A DNA stretch of 64,000 nucleotides, taken from Octopus sinensis. Lineage: Eukaryota. Both the position numbers and the translations under genes were made by a program. Location: NCBI RefSeq assembly GCF_006345805.1, contig NC_043017.1, positions 8,308,001-8,372,000 of the forward strand, in the 5' to 3' direction. How positions within the stretch are numbered: position 1 is the stretch's first letter; every line of letters starts with the position of its first letter. This document shows, piece by piece, positions 25,292 through 37,836 of the stretch. A model generated the notes under the pieces. The model saw nothing but the letters and a program-made list of their open reading frames with translations, ran no database searches and was not told where the DNA came from.

Positions 25292-25875
25292 ACAGGTGTG
25301 GCTGTGTGGTAAGAAACTTGCCTCCTGACCATGTGGTTCTGGGTTCAGTACCACTGCGTGGTATCTTGGCCAAACGTCTTCTACTATAGCCTTGGGACGA
25401 TCAAAGCCCTTTAAGTGGATTTGGTACGTGGAAACTGAAAGAAGACCTTGTATCCACTGGTGACATGTAAAAAGCACCCAGAACTCACTGTAAGGTGGCT
25501 GGTGTTAGGAAGAGCATCCAATTATAGAAACCAAGCTAAAACAGATGACTGGAAACTGGTGTGGGCCCCTGGCCTTGCCAGCTCCTGTCAATCCATCCAA
25601 CCCATGCCAGCATGGGAAATGGACGTTAGATGTTGATGATAATGATGTTGATGTGTCTTTATGTCTGTATTTGTCCTCCACCACTGTTTGACAAACAGTG
25701 TCGGTGTGTTTATGTCCATCTAACTTAGTGGTTTGATCTGAGAGACTGATAGAATAAGGATGAAGCTAAAAAGGAAAAAATAAGTACTGGGGCTGATTCA
25801 TTTGACTGAAAGTTCATCAAGGCAAGTGCCCCAGCATGGCCGTAATCTGATAACTGAAACAAGGATAAAAAAACA
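25292..25875 (+). mobile_element. SINE family A split by an RTE-type tail (~25450-25650)
   Basis: Family A 5' half ends gaaactgaaagaag, RTE tail ends ggacgttagatgttgatgat, family A 3' half resumes ttgtcctccaccactg. Confidence 0.75.
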
Positions 25876-26779
25876 AAAAAAAGAACTCTAATTAAAACTT
25901 ACTCTGCACCCAGGACAGTCATGGTTAGAATGACTGTAAGGATACAGGTCTGCCTGGTCGAAGCTAACCTCTGACTAAACAACAACTGACTAATCTTATA
26001 ATTAAATAGGTACCACAGCTCCCCCTTGTGAAGGTTTTCTGCTCCATTTCATTCCAATTATCAAAGGGCCATCTCCACTCCCTACTTTCGTTATCAATGA
26101 GTAAACATCAAGCGTGACACATAATTTTATAAAATACAATACGACAACCATATTGGATGGCATAAAAGACACACAAGCATATCAGACACACCCATATTTC
26201 AGAAACAGATATTCAGGAAAAAAAAAATGTTTTTAGTGCATTAAAGCCTGAGATATTAATGGACAGGAGTGAGCCAATGAGCTGGCAGAATTGTTAGCAT
26301 GCTGGGCAAAATGCCAAGTGGCATTTCGTATGTCTTTATGTTCTGAGTTCAAATTCTGTTAAGGTCAATTTTGCCTTTTGGGGTTAATATAATTAGTACC
26401 AGTTGGACACTGATGTGATCGACTTATCCCATCCATCAAAATTGCTAGCCTCGTGCATGGATACTGTTTTTTTTATGTGATGCCAGCACAGGTGCTAGGG
26501 TGTGTTGACCAAAGTGACCATCCCTGATTAGGAAAAAAATCCGTAATTCGAAAAGGCTTTGTAATGAAAGGTTCTGGAAAAACCAATGTTGTATTTTTAT
26601 TTTCATTTGCAATATGCTTTGTATAATTTTTTCACTAAATCTCCGCTTACGATCGTTTCTTATTTTCTTCATTAACCAAGAGATACAACTCATTTATTTA
26701 CTAAAACCTCACTCACACTTACACTCAGGCACTCACTTGTCAAGATTCCACAGAAAGGCCTCTCCGAAAAGATACAAAA

Positions 26780-27021
26780 GATATGTATATATATATATAT
26801 GTATGTATATGTATGTATATATATATATGTATGTATATGTATGTATATATATATGTATGTATATGTATATATGTATGTAATGTATATATGTATGTATATG
26901 TATATATGTATGTATATGTATGTATGTATATTTATATGTATATGTATGTATGTATATTATATGTATGTATATGTATATATGTATATTTATATATATGTAT
27001 ATTTATATATATGTATATATA

Positions 27022-27061
<40 letters not shown>

Positions 27062-27525
27062 CAGGTGGCACATAAAAAGCACCCACTACTCTCACGGAGT
27101 GGTTAGCGTTAGGAAGGGCATCCAGCTGTAGAAACATTGCCAGATAAGACTGGAGCCTGGTGCAGCCTTCTGGCTTCCCAGATCCCCGGTCGAACCGTCC
27201 AACCCATGCTAGCATGGAGAACGGACGTATGATGATGATGATGATATATATGTATATATATAAATATACATATATATATATGTATATATGTATATGTGTA
27301 TATATATATGTATATGTGTATATATATATATATGTATATGTGTATATGTATATATATGTATATGTATATATATGTATGTATTTATATGTATATATATGTA
27401 TGTATGTATATATATGTATATATATATATATGTATGTATTTATATGTATGTATATGTATGTATATATGCATATATATATGTATATATATATATATATATA
27501 TATGCACACACACACACACACACAC
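26780..27525. repeat. (TA)n/(TATG)n microsatellite with an RTE-type tail inserted at 27058-27243
   Basis: Direct reading. Confidence 0.88.
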
Positions 27526-28145
27526 GATGACAAAATATATAATCAAAATAAAGCTGATAAAAAAACCAAAGTATTCATTGTTTAGTAATAAAAACCAACT
27601 GACGGAATGATGTCAGTGTTTGATGTTTCCACTGCAATGTTTTTAATCTTGTATCTTCCGAACATTTGTGGAACCTGACTCTCTCTCTCTCTCTTTCTCT
27701 CTCCTCTCCTTTGTCTTTCTCCCCCCTATCTGTCTGTCTCTCTTCTCCTCTTCCTCCCTCTTCCATCATTAAAGTATTCAATTACGTTTAAGAGAGACCT
27801 ACTTCTTCTGTTGGTGTTGCTGCTCTCGTTAAGAGACAGTGTTGAAGTTGATTAGTTGTTATACAACTCTTACTGTAATTATTCTAATTAGTGTGTCAAG
27901 GTGCAGTGGAATTGAATGACGGCAAATGTTTAGGTTTTCTTCATACATTGAATAAAATAAATGCTGACAACAACAACGGTTATGATGGATAGTCCATAAG
28001 TATTTGCTCGGCCTGCTAGAAATAGCAGCTTTAGATTCTCATCATGCATCGAAAAAATGCCAACAACTACTTCTCAACCACATGGTTCTGGGTTCAGTCC
28101 CAATGTGTAGCACATTGAGCAAGTGTCATCTACTATAGATTTGGT

Positions 28146-29098
28146 CCATTGACATTTTTCTCAATGATGCTTCATACATAGTAGTCCAATGGATTGAGAT
28201 CTGGAGAATTAGGGGACCAAATATTGGGGGTCATGTGATCGTGCAAATTGTCAGCCATCCTTTCTTGTATCATTTGAGCCTTGTGTGATGGTGCAGAATC
28301 TTGTTGAAAAACATACATTGTTGATCCAAGGCTTAACAACTTTATCCAGAACCTCAATATATGCAGCAGTATTCATTCTAAGGCCTCGCGGTAAAAAGTG
28401 AGGTGGGATCACATGTCCTTCATTGCTAACAACTCCCAACACCATGACATTTGCAGGAAATTTTGTGTGCATTACTTTGGAACTTCAGAAGGGTTTGCAC
28501 ATAGCCATCTGTCATTTCTTCTGTTAGTTTTCTGGTCTTGGTCATAGTTTTTCTCATTTGAGAAAAACCAAATCACACCATTTTCTGATGGATTTTTAAG
28601 TTTGTTCAAAAGTCTTTTGGATCTGATGAAATGATTTCCTTTTGTTTTTCTGATATGAATTTATCTCTCCTCATCACGTAAGATTTGTATCTGATGTCTT
28701 CATGCACAACATTTCTGATTGTTTTTTCTGACACATGAAATGTTTTTACAATTGACCTCATTGGTTTTCTTGGAATGTCTTCAATGTTTTGCTAAACTTC
28801 CTGAATAAATTCAGGTGTCCTGGTAGAATCAGAGCATTTGGAATGTTTTGTATGTTTTGATACAGGTAATACGCTTCCATCTTCTTTGCCTAACTCACAC
28901 TGGATCTTGTGGACAAAAGATCTTGCAGAAATTTCTAAATCACTATGCTTAGCCTTCAAAGCCACAATCACAGCAAGCCTCTTCATTTCATTAGGAAGCA
29001 TAGGGCCTGTTATTGTTATTTTCTGAAATACAAGTTCAATAAAAGTTAGTCAAATAAAATGACTAAAAATGCACGTGTCCTCAAATACTGCCCGCACC

Positions 29099-29101
<3 letters not shown>
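28146..29101 (-). mobile_element. DD37D (maT/Bmmar1-like) Tc1/mariner transposon, 3'-truncated pseudogene
   Basis: 5' TIR cagggtgcgggcag next to TA at 29101/29102; peptides WFFSNEKN..QDQK.NRRNDRW, VMVLGVVSNEG and YVFQQDSAPSH...WSPNSPDLNPLDYYV with 37 residues between the 2nd and 3rd D. Confidence 0.9.
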
Positions 29102-29157
<56 letters not shown>

Positions 29158-29372
29158 GTGTGTGTGTGTGTATGTATGTATGCACGTATGTATATATAGG
29201 TGGACGTCAGGGATAGGTTGCTCAGATACATTAGAATTTCTCCGTCTAGATGGGGATTTTGCAGATTATTTTTCATGGTGCCCTTGGATATGATGGGGGG
29301 GGGGTATCTTTTTAGCAAAATAAAAAAATAAATAAAAAAATTTCGTAAAATAATAAAAAAAAAAACCCTGCC

Positions 29373-30790
29373 TATTCGTTGTTACTACGTTTCTTCATAC
29401 ATTGTTACGAAAATTTAACCTTTTAGGCTACTTTCAAGCCTTCGCCATAACTTGATTTATCTTTCTATCTCTCTCTCTCTACAAAATTTAACCTTAGGCC
29501 AGGCTACCTCAAGCCGTAATCCTATCTCTTCCCATCTTTCAGCCATTTGGCGGTCTTTTTTTCCTCCTCTCACCATTACGATTCTATAATTTAAATTCCC
29601 AATTCAATTTCAACTCCCGTTCGATGTCCGCAGCAAGTTCTTAAAAATTTATCTTACTATTTTATTCGTTGTTACTACGTTTCTTCATACATTGTTACGA
29701 AAATTTAACCTTTTAGGCTACTTTCAAGCCTTCGCCATAACTTGATTTATCTTTCTATCTCTCTCTCTACAAAATTTAACCTTAGGCCAGGCTACCTCAA
29801 GCCGTAATCCTATCTCTTCCCATCTTTCAGCCATTTGGCGGTCTTTTTTCCTCCTCTCACCATTACGATTCTATAATTTAAATTCCCAATTCAATTTCAA
29901 CTCCCGTTCGATGTCCGCAGCAAGTTCTTAAAAATTTATCTTACTATTTTATTCGTTGTTACTACGTTTCTTCATACATTGTTACGAAAATTTAACCTTT
30001 TAGGCTACTTTCAAGCCTTCGCCATAACTTGATTTATCTTTCTATCTCTCTCTCTACAAAATTTAACCTTAGGCCAGGCTACCTCAAGCCGTAATCCTAT
30101 CTCTTCCCATCTTTCAGCCATTTGGCGGTCTTTTTTCCTCCTCTCACCATTACGATTCTATAATTTAAATTCCCAATTCAATTTCAACTCCCGTTCGATG
30201 TCCGCAGCAAGTTCTTAAAAATTTATCTTACTATTTTATTCGTTGTGTTACTACGTTTCTTCATACATTGTTACGAAAATTTAACCTTTTAGGCTACTTT
30301 CAAGCCTTCGCCATAACTTGATTTATCTTTCTATCTCTCTCTCTACAAAATTTAACCTTAGGCCAGGCTACCTCAAGCCGTAATCCTATCTCTTCCCATC
30401 TTTCAGCCATTTGGCGGTCTTTTTTCCTCCTCTCACCATTACGATTCTATAATTTAAATTCCCAATTCAATTTCAACTCCCGTTCGATGTCCGCAGCAAG
30501 TTCTTAAAAATTTATCTACTATTTTATTCGTTGTTACTACGTTTCTTCATACATTGTTACGAAAATTTAACCTTTTAGGCTACTTTCAAGCCTTCGCCAT
30601 AACTTGATTTATCTTCTATCTCTCTCTCTACAAAATTTAACCTTAGGCCAGGCTACCTCAAGCCGTAATCCTATCTCTTCCCATCTCTCCCATCTCTTCC
30701 CATCTCTTCCATCTCTTCCCATCTCTTCCCCTCTTCCCATCTCTTCCCATCTCTTCCCATCTCTTCCCATCTTTCAGCCATTGGCGGTGC
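29373..30790 (+). repeat. Tandem array of ~288-bp monomers (4.5 copies, near identical)
   Basis: Units start tattcgttg at 29373, 29663, 29950, 30237 and 30525; the last unit carries an (atctcttccc)n expansion. Confidence 0.97.
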
Positions 30791-31099
30791 GCCCGCCCCC
30801 CCACCCCCACCACCAATACCGATGAACACTGTTCTCACCCCCACCACCAATACCGGTGAACACTGTTCCTCACCTCCCACCACCAATACCAGTATACCCT
30901 GTCCTCACCATCTACACGGATACGCCTTACTCATCTACACCGGGTACGCCCTACTCCCTCCCCCTCCCCCCACTACCCCTTCTCCTCATATGCTTTCACT
31001 GTGAAAAGACAAGCTGCTAGCGCCATAGCTCATCAACTGCCCACCGATCTTATGCTTCCTCCTGACACTGCCTCATTCCCTCCCGCCTCGTAATATCCT

Positions 31100-31462
31100 A
31101 TGTTTTTATTTCTTAGGAACCTACACCAACCCTTCCTGCCATCGTTCCTCCTTACCCCAACCTTCCCCACTGGTTGCTCCCCTATATTACCCGCCTCAAC
31201 TGGACCCCCCCTCTCCCCAACTCAACTCTCGAATATCTGTATTCTTTCCTCTACCTAATAACGTTACTCAGTGACGATAACGAATGTCTTTATTTTAGGA
31301 ACCTACACCAACCCTTCCTGCCATCGTTCCTCCTTACCCCAACCTTCCCCACTGGTTGCCCTCCTATATTACCCGCCTCAACTGGACCTCCCCCTCCCCA
31401 ACTCAACTCTAGAATATCTGTATTTCTTTCCTCTACCTAATTACGTTACTCAGTGATGATAA
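31100..31462 (+). repeat. Tandem duplication of a ~182-bp C-rich unit
   Basis: ttaggaacctacaccaacccttcctgccatcg at 31113 and 31295. Confidence 0.92.
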
Positions 31463-31574
31463 ATGCTGTGACTACAAAGACCCGGGCTGCTTTCTGCAGC
31501 AATTCCACATACCCCCTACTCATTCTAAGTACCCCGGATCCCCAAAGTACCCTGGATCCCCAAAGTACCCCGGA

Positions 31575-31843
31575 CCTCGTTGCCCATGTGCCGCTGACAC
31601 GTTAAAATGCTCGAACCGATCGTGACGATGCCGGACCCTCCGGCCCCTGTGCAGGTGGCACGTAAAAAGCACCCAATCCACTCACGGAGTGGTTGGCGTT
31701 AGGAAGGGCATCCAGCCGTAGAAACTCTGCCAGATTCAGACTGGAGCCTGGTGCGGCCCCTGGCTTCCGAGACCCGGTCAAACCGTCCAACCCGTGCTAG
31801 CGCGGAAAGCGGACGTTAAACGATGATGATGATGATGATGATG

Positions 31844-31845
<2 letters not shown>
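31575..31845 (+). mobile_element. RTE-type tail, CpG-intact (young), ending (GAT)n
   Basis: gtgcaggtggcacgtaaaaagcacc...ggagtggttggcgttaggaagggcatccagcc...ggacgttaaacgatgatgat. Confidence 0.85.
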
Positions 31846-31882
<37 letters not shown>

Positions 31883-32966
31883 TGTCTGTCTTTGTCCCCA
31901 ACTACTACTTGACAACCGGAGTTGGTGTGTTTACATCCTGTAACTTAGCGGTTCCACAAAAGAGACTGATTGAATAAATACCAGGCTTAATAAAATAAAA
32001 AAAATAAGTACTGGGGTCATTTCATTGGACTAAAATTCATCAAGGGTTCTGCCCCAGCTTGGCCGCAGTCTAATGACTAAAACAAGTAAAAAACAAAGAA
32101 CAAAAAGGAACAAAAATGACAACAACCAGCAATGACAATAAAGATGAGGTAGTCTGTAGGTAGTTGCTTGGCTTGCTGGAAATAACAGCTAAATCTGCTT
32201 CAAATTGTCCTTCCTACTCATCCTCTGTCTTGGAAAAGGGTGCATTAGTTAATATATTCCTGGATTTCTTGTATATCTTTTATCTTTTACTTGTTTCACT
32301 CACTAGACTGTGGCCATGCTGGGGCACTGCCTTGAAGGGTTTAGTTGAATAAATCACCTCCCAGTACAGTTATTTTGTTTGTTTTGTAAGTCAGGTATTT
32401 ATTCTCTTCTGTCAGTCACTTTTGCTGAGCTGTTAAGTTACAAGGGCATAAACAAACCAACACCAGTTATCAAGTGGTGGTGGTGATGACCAAATACAAG
32501 CACAAAGACACACATGCTCATGCATACATACATGCACACACACATACATACTCACACAAACATACATACATACACACACACAGACACACACACACACACA
32601 CATGTATATAGGTTAAAGTAGTGAAGAAAAGCAAACAATTAGTCAAGGCATGACTATGACATTTAATTTAATTTAATTCAATCTAAAAATTTAACTACAT
32701 AACGAAGGGTAAAAAATTGTACACACACACATACATACATACATACATACATACACACACACATACGTACATGCGTACACAAATGCAGTCAGTCCTGACC
32801 TTGGGTTAATTAACAATAAGCAACATAGAATAATTAGGTAGTAAATATCTGTCTGTCTGTCTGTCTATCTAAAATAAATTAAAATAAATACAAGAAAAAA
32901 AAGAAAAAAAAAACCCAATCAAATGGAAAATACTAGAGAAATGGATATCAAATATAATACATGTAA

Positions 32967-33004
<38 letters not shown>

Positions 33005-33775
33005 GTATAATTATATATAAAGGTATAGATTTTATAAGTATTTTAAATAAATACTATAAATTAAATAGTATGAGATTAAGTTGAATACCTGAATATAATT
33101 TTCTGGTGGGAAACTGCATGAAATACTTGACAAAATTAATTGGGCTTTCAAAATAAGAAAAAAATACACGCACGTATGCACACACACGCGCACACACACA
33201 CACACAGGTATCTATGTTCCTGCGTGTGTATGTATAAATATGTGAATGCATATATATGTGTGTATGTGTGTGTATGCATGTTGTATGTATATATATGTAT
33301 ATGTGTGTGTGTGTATATATGTGTATATATATGTGTGTGTGAATGTGTGTGTGTGTGTGAATGTATGTGTGTGTATGTGTGTGTGCAGTGATATGTATCT
33401 ATGTATGTGTATGAAAATGTGTATGTGTGTGTATATATATATATATAATATGAATATATGTTTATGCATGTACATGTATATGTATGAATAATCAATAAAA
33501 AAAATCAATAATTGACTACTAAAATATGCTTCAAGTATTTCACGCAGAATCACGTCAAGTGAAAACAAGCAACATTTTATATTCTCGTTTATCATATGTC
33601 ACCATCACTATTGTCGTCATCATCATCATCATCATCACTATCATTGCCCTCCTCCTGATTTTGAAATCCATGTTTTCCATGCTGACATGGGTTGCACAAA
33701 TCTGTTACTATCAGGTTGGAACCTGGTGCAGCTACAGTCAAACTGTAACCGATGCCAGCATGGAAAGCAGATGCT

Positions 33776-33890
33776 TAACCCTTTTGTTACCAACCCGGCT
33801 GAAACCAGCTCTGGCTCTGAGTACAAGTGTCTTGTTGCCATAAGTTTTGAATTAAAATCTTCCACCAAACCTTAGTCACAATTTCTTGTT
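33776..33890. mobile_element. piggyBac-like MITE, one end only
   Basis: TTAA-ccctt terminus; same body as 44853-45073. Confidence 0.7.
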
Positions 33891-34461
33891 GGATCCTTGC
33901 TTTTTGCACCCTCTTTTTAGATTTTGCTACCCTGCATCAAATGTTTCCTTGAGGAAAGGCCTTACTCTCCTAGGTTTTGCTGGTTTTGAATTGTCATCAG
34001 TACTTCTGTAAACTTTGCTTTTTTTTCTAGCTAGGGTTCTTGTCCCTACACAAACCCATTTTTACCTCTGAGAAGAGGTGATTTATATTAGTCTGGCTTT
34101 GATCTCTTGACCATTGTAGCATGAGAATAATTTACAAGGAGCTTGCATTCCATTGACACAGCTCTCAGCATCATTGAAGCTGACACGCCACCACACATCA
34201 ACCGGGACTGGACCCTGTGCTGGATGTGCAGGCCTAGATAAGATTTTCCCTTTTTGCCTTTTCAGGAAGACTGACAATGACCCATGGATGCAAGTCCTCC
34301 TATTCTGCACAACTGATGTTATCTGTTATCCTGAGTCGATACATTTTTGCAGTAGTGTCATCACAGGTGCTGGTGTCATCACAGGTATTGCAAAACTAAA
34401 TATGTTTTTTGATCAGAAGAATGTATTTTAAACATTAAATACATGTCAGTCTTGTAGTAGT

Positions 34462-34775
34462 TAAGTTAATTTTTGGCTCAAAAAGCAAAAGCAAGGCCAT
34501 GTAGGGAGACATGGAGTTATGTACAGGGAGGGTGTTCATGCAAAGAGTTCAGGCCATTTCTGGTCAAGAGAGACTTTGAACCAAGTGGTCATCGGCATCT
34601 TCACTATCTCGTCCAGCAGTTTATTCCATGGATCTGCAACCTGGACGGAGAAAGCCCCCTCTCCTTCGATTGAGATGAAATCGTCGCAGATAGAGCTTTT
34701 CGGAGTGACCCTGCAGCCGACGTTCTGGAGCAGGAGTGAAGAACAGCTCTTTCGAGAGGTTACACTTACCGCTTA
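34462..34775 (-). mobile_element. CR1-group LINE 3' end
   Basis: Minus-strand GAFSVQVADPWNKLLDEIVKMPMTTWFKVSLDQKW resembles the CR1 C-terminal FS.RV...WN.LP...FK..LD motif; short-repeat tail aattaacttaactact. Confidence 0.75.
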
Positions 34776-34946
34776 GTAGGAGCCTGTTTTGGTTATTATG
34801 ACAGATCAGGTTCAGAATGGAAATAATCTGTTAGCACTTAGGTTGTCTGCAACAAAGAAGATTGTCTATAGAGAGTGTGAATTTTATGAGAAAGAAAGTT
34901 CAAAATCAGGTGCAAAGATGCCAGAGAAATCCTGAATAGTTAACCA

Positions 34947-35325
34947 TAGGTGCAGGCATGGCTGTGTGGTAAGAAACTTGCTTCACAACCACATGGTTCC
35001 AGGCTCAGTCCCACTGTGTGGCACCTTGGGCAAGTGTCTTCTATTATAACCTCAGGCCGAAGAAAGCCTTATGAGTGGATTTGGCTGATGGAAACTGAAA
35101 AGGCCTGTCGTATATGTGTGTGTGTGTGTGTGTGTGTCTGTGTTTGTCCCCAATCACTGCTTGACAACTGATATTAATGTATGTCCCATTGACTTAGCAG
35201 TTCGGCAAAAGAGACTGATAGAATAAATACTAGTCTTACAAAGAATAAGTCCTGGGGTCAATTTCTTCAATTAAAATCCTTTAAGGTGGTGCTACAGCAT
35301 GGCCGCAGTCAAATGACTAAGAATA
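34947..35325 (+). mobile_element. SINE family A, full length
   Basis: tRNA-like head gcatggctgtgtggtaag, colinear with 58890-59306. Confidence 0.85.
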
Positions 35326-35714
35326 GAAGAAAAAATTAAGTCATGATTTTGCTGACTTTGAAGAAGAGAGAAAAATAATTATGAATTCATTTTGTTAACT
35401 TCTAACTTAAATTTAGTTTTCTTTTTTTTATCATTCAATGAAGATATTTACAGAAAACGAATAATTTATAATTCCCTGCCATTATCTCACACCCATTATT
35501 ACATTCCGAAAATGTCAATAAAACTCTCAGTCTAAAATTATAACATTAGACAATGAAATCAGAACACATCTGGTTGTGTGAAAAGATTTATGAATGGGCA
35601 CTCGAGCTAGTTTTACTACTAATGATGATGGTTCAGGTTTTAATGACTACTGCTACTACTACTACTACTACTGCTGCTGCTGCTAACGATGGTAATAACA
35701 ATAATAGTAATAAT

Positions 35715-36085
35715 GGTTTCAAATTTTGGTATTAGGCTAGTAATTTTGCAGGAGAGGGACAGACAATTACATTTTACCCCAGAGTTCAGCTGGTACTTAT
35801 TTTATTCAACCGAAAAGGATGAAAGACAACATTGACCTCGGTGGAATTTGAACACAGAATGTAAAGATAAGTGAAATGCTGCTAAGTATTTTGCCCGGCA
35901 TGTTAGGGATTCTGAAAGCCTTCGATAATAATAACAATAATAACTGGCAGAATCATTAGGATGCCGGGCGAAATGCTTAGTGGTATTTCGTCTGCTGTTA
36001 CGTTCTGAGTTCAAATTCCGCCGAGGTCGACTTTGCCTTTCCTTTCGGGGTCGATTAAAGTTACACATTGGGTCGATGTAATCGG
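35715..36085. mobile_element. Head-to-head inverted SINE family C pair
   Basis: Minus copy 35715-35920, plus copy 35942-36085, short (TAA)n spacer. Confidence 0.8.
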
Positions 36086-36785
36086 TGTATGTGTGTGTGT
36101 GTATGTTATTGTCTTCTTTACTCAACCAAATATGCTAGAATTAGTTTCATATAAGAGGTGAAGGATAGAAGAACATTGTTGCTGTGTTAGTAGGGTGGTG
36201 GTTGTAGTGATGGCCACCACCACCACCACCACCACCACCACTCACCAGCCACTACCATTATTACCATCACCCAGCTACCACTACTACCACCACCATCAAC
36301 CCACCCACCTACCTACCACCACCATTACTAGTCCAACAAGAATTGAACTAAATTCTTCTCAGATTTTTTTCTCACACATTTTCGTGAATTTCTCCTCTGT
36401 GTGTTTTGCTTTTTTTTTTAAATTTTATTTTTGTATGTTTTATGTTATTTGTTTTCAAATAGTTTTTTTTATTTCAGTTTTCATTAAATCCCAAATGGAA
36501 TCCCCTCCAGGGGTTTTCATTTGACTTTTGGTTTTCTTCTTACTTTTTGCCTTTTTTGAAGTTTTTTTTTTCTAAACGGTAATTTTAAATTATTTAAAAA
36601 AAAAGTTTGTTTGTCTCATTTTATTGATAATTTTTTGGAAAAAAAATTATTATTATTATTATTTATATTGTCTACACATAAAACCCATTGTATCATCCTG
36701 TTTTTGTCTTTTATGTTGTATGTCTTTTAATGTAATTTTATGTGAGCCCTTGTGGCCAATAAAAGAATGAATTATTATTATTATT

Positions 36786-37339
36786 GAGTGAGCAAGCAGA
36801 GCATGCCATCAAAGTGACACTGGGGTAAAATATACGAAGCCCAGTATACCCATCATGACTACCCGTCTGATAAGGGTACACCAGGCACATGCATCACAAC
36901 CATATGTGCGCGACATGGTGATCTCATATCAAGATAAACAGCACATGACCTTGCAGGTGGAGCCCAGTTAGAATTTTCTTCAGATCGAGTAACCCATCCC
37001 GCTCAAAAGGTCCCTGAATAAGGGTTGTTTAAGGACGTTGAACGAAACACCCATGTTTCCAGAGGTGAATTATTCAAACCCCAAAGAATCCTTCTCAACA
37101 CATGGCTATGATGCTCCCCCACTACTTCTGCTTGTGATCAGAGATGCACATATTGTCAGCCACTAAGGGACATGCTCAACTGGTTAAGGTCAAACAACTG
37201 ACAAGCAAATCTGTGGTATTGAGCAGAATATTTGCTGTAGCCCATCTTTTATACCAAGACAAAACAATGTACATGATAACACTTCCCATCAGTTAAGATC
37301 AGAAGCCATGAGAGCCACTGCCTGGTACTGCATCAGGGC

Positions 37340-37341
<2 letters not shown>
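36786..37341 (-). mobile_element. Non-coding ~555-bp interspersed element bounded by (TAA)n on both sides
   Basis: Complex non-coding sequence sharply delimited by TTA repeats; orientation inferred from the adjacent Dong fragment; no tRNA head seen. Confidence 0.55.
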
Positions 37342-37382
<41 letters not shown>

Positions 37383-37385
<3 letters not shown>

Positions 37386-37836
37386 TAGTTTTATTTTCAT
37401 AGCATGCTTTCACTTCACTACCGAGCGCAACTCTGTGTGCCTTGGGTATGTGCTGTGGTTTGTTGTGATGCTCTGATGGTTACTGTAGTGATTTGCATAG
37501 GATGTGTGCAGTGTCCAGTAATGCAATTTTCTGTTTTCGTTATATATATTTATAAGTCCTGGTGTTTTTGTTATGTATTTGTCTGAATATTTTTTTTATC
37601 ATACCTAATGCGCCTACTATGATAGGAATTGTTTCTGTTTTTAGACTCCACATTCGAGTTACCTCTATTTCCAGGACTTTGTATTTTGAAAGTTTCTCCA
37701 TTTCTTTTAGAGAAACGTTGTCATCTGCTGGTATTGATACATCAATTAGTAAGCATTTTTTTTCCTTCATGATCTCTGACAACTATATCTGGCCTATTGG
37801 GCTTAATTTCTCTATCTGTGTGTATTGGCATATCCT
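37383..37836 (-). mobile_element. R4/Dong-clade non-LTR retrotransposon 3' end (restriction-like endonuclease domain)
   Basis: DMPIHTDREIKPNRPDIVV...CLLIDVSIPADDNVSLKEMEKLSKY..LEIEVTRMW...IPIIVGALG is the RLE PD..D..K.KY signature; 3' end abuts (TAA)n, the known Dong target. Confidence 0.85.

Noticed and set aside
29373-30790. Hammerhead retrozyme interpretation of the 288-bp tandem array
   Set aside because: The size fits non-LTR retrozymes, but I found no CUGANGA...GAAA core on either strand of the monomer.
33890-34430. Complex-sequence island with an acceptor at 34265
   Set aside because: No recognisable protein in any frame; more likely a decayed repeat.
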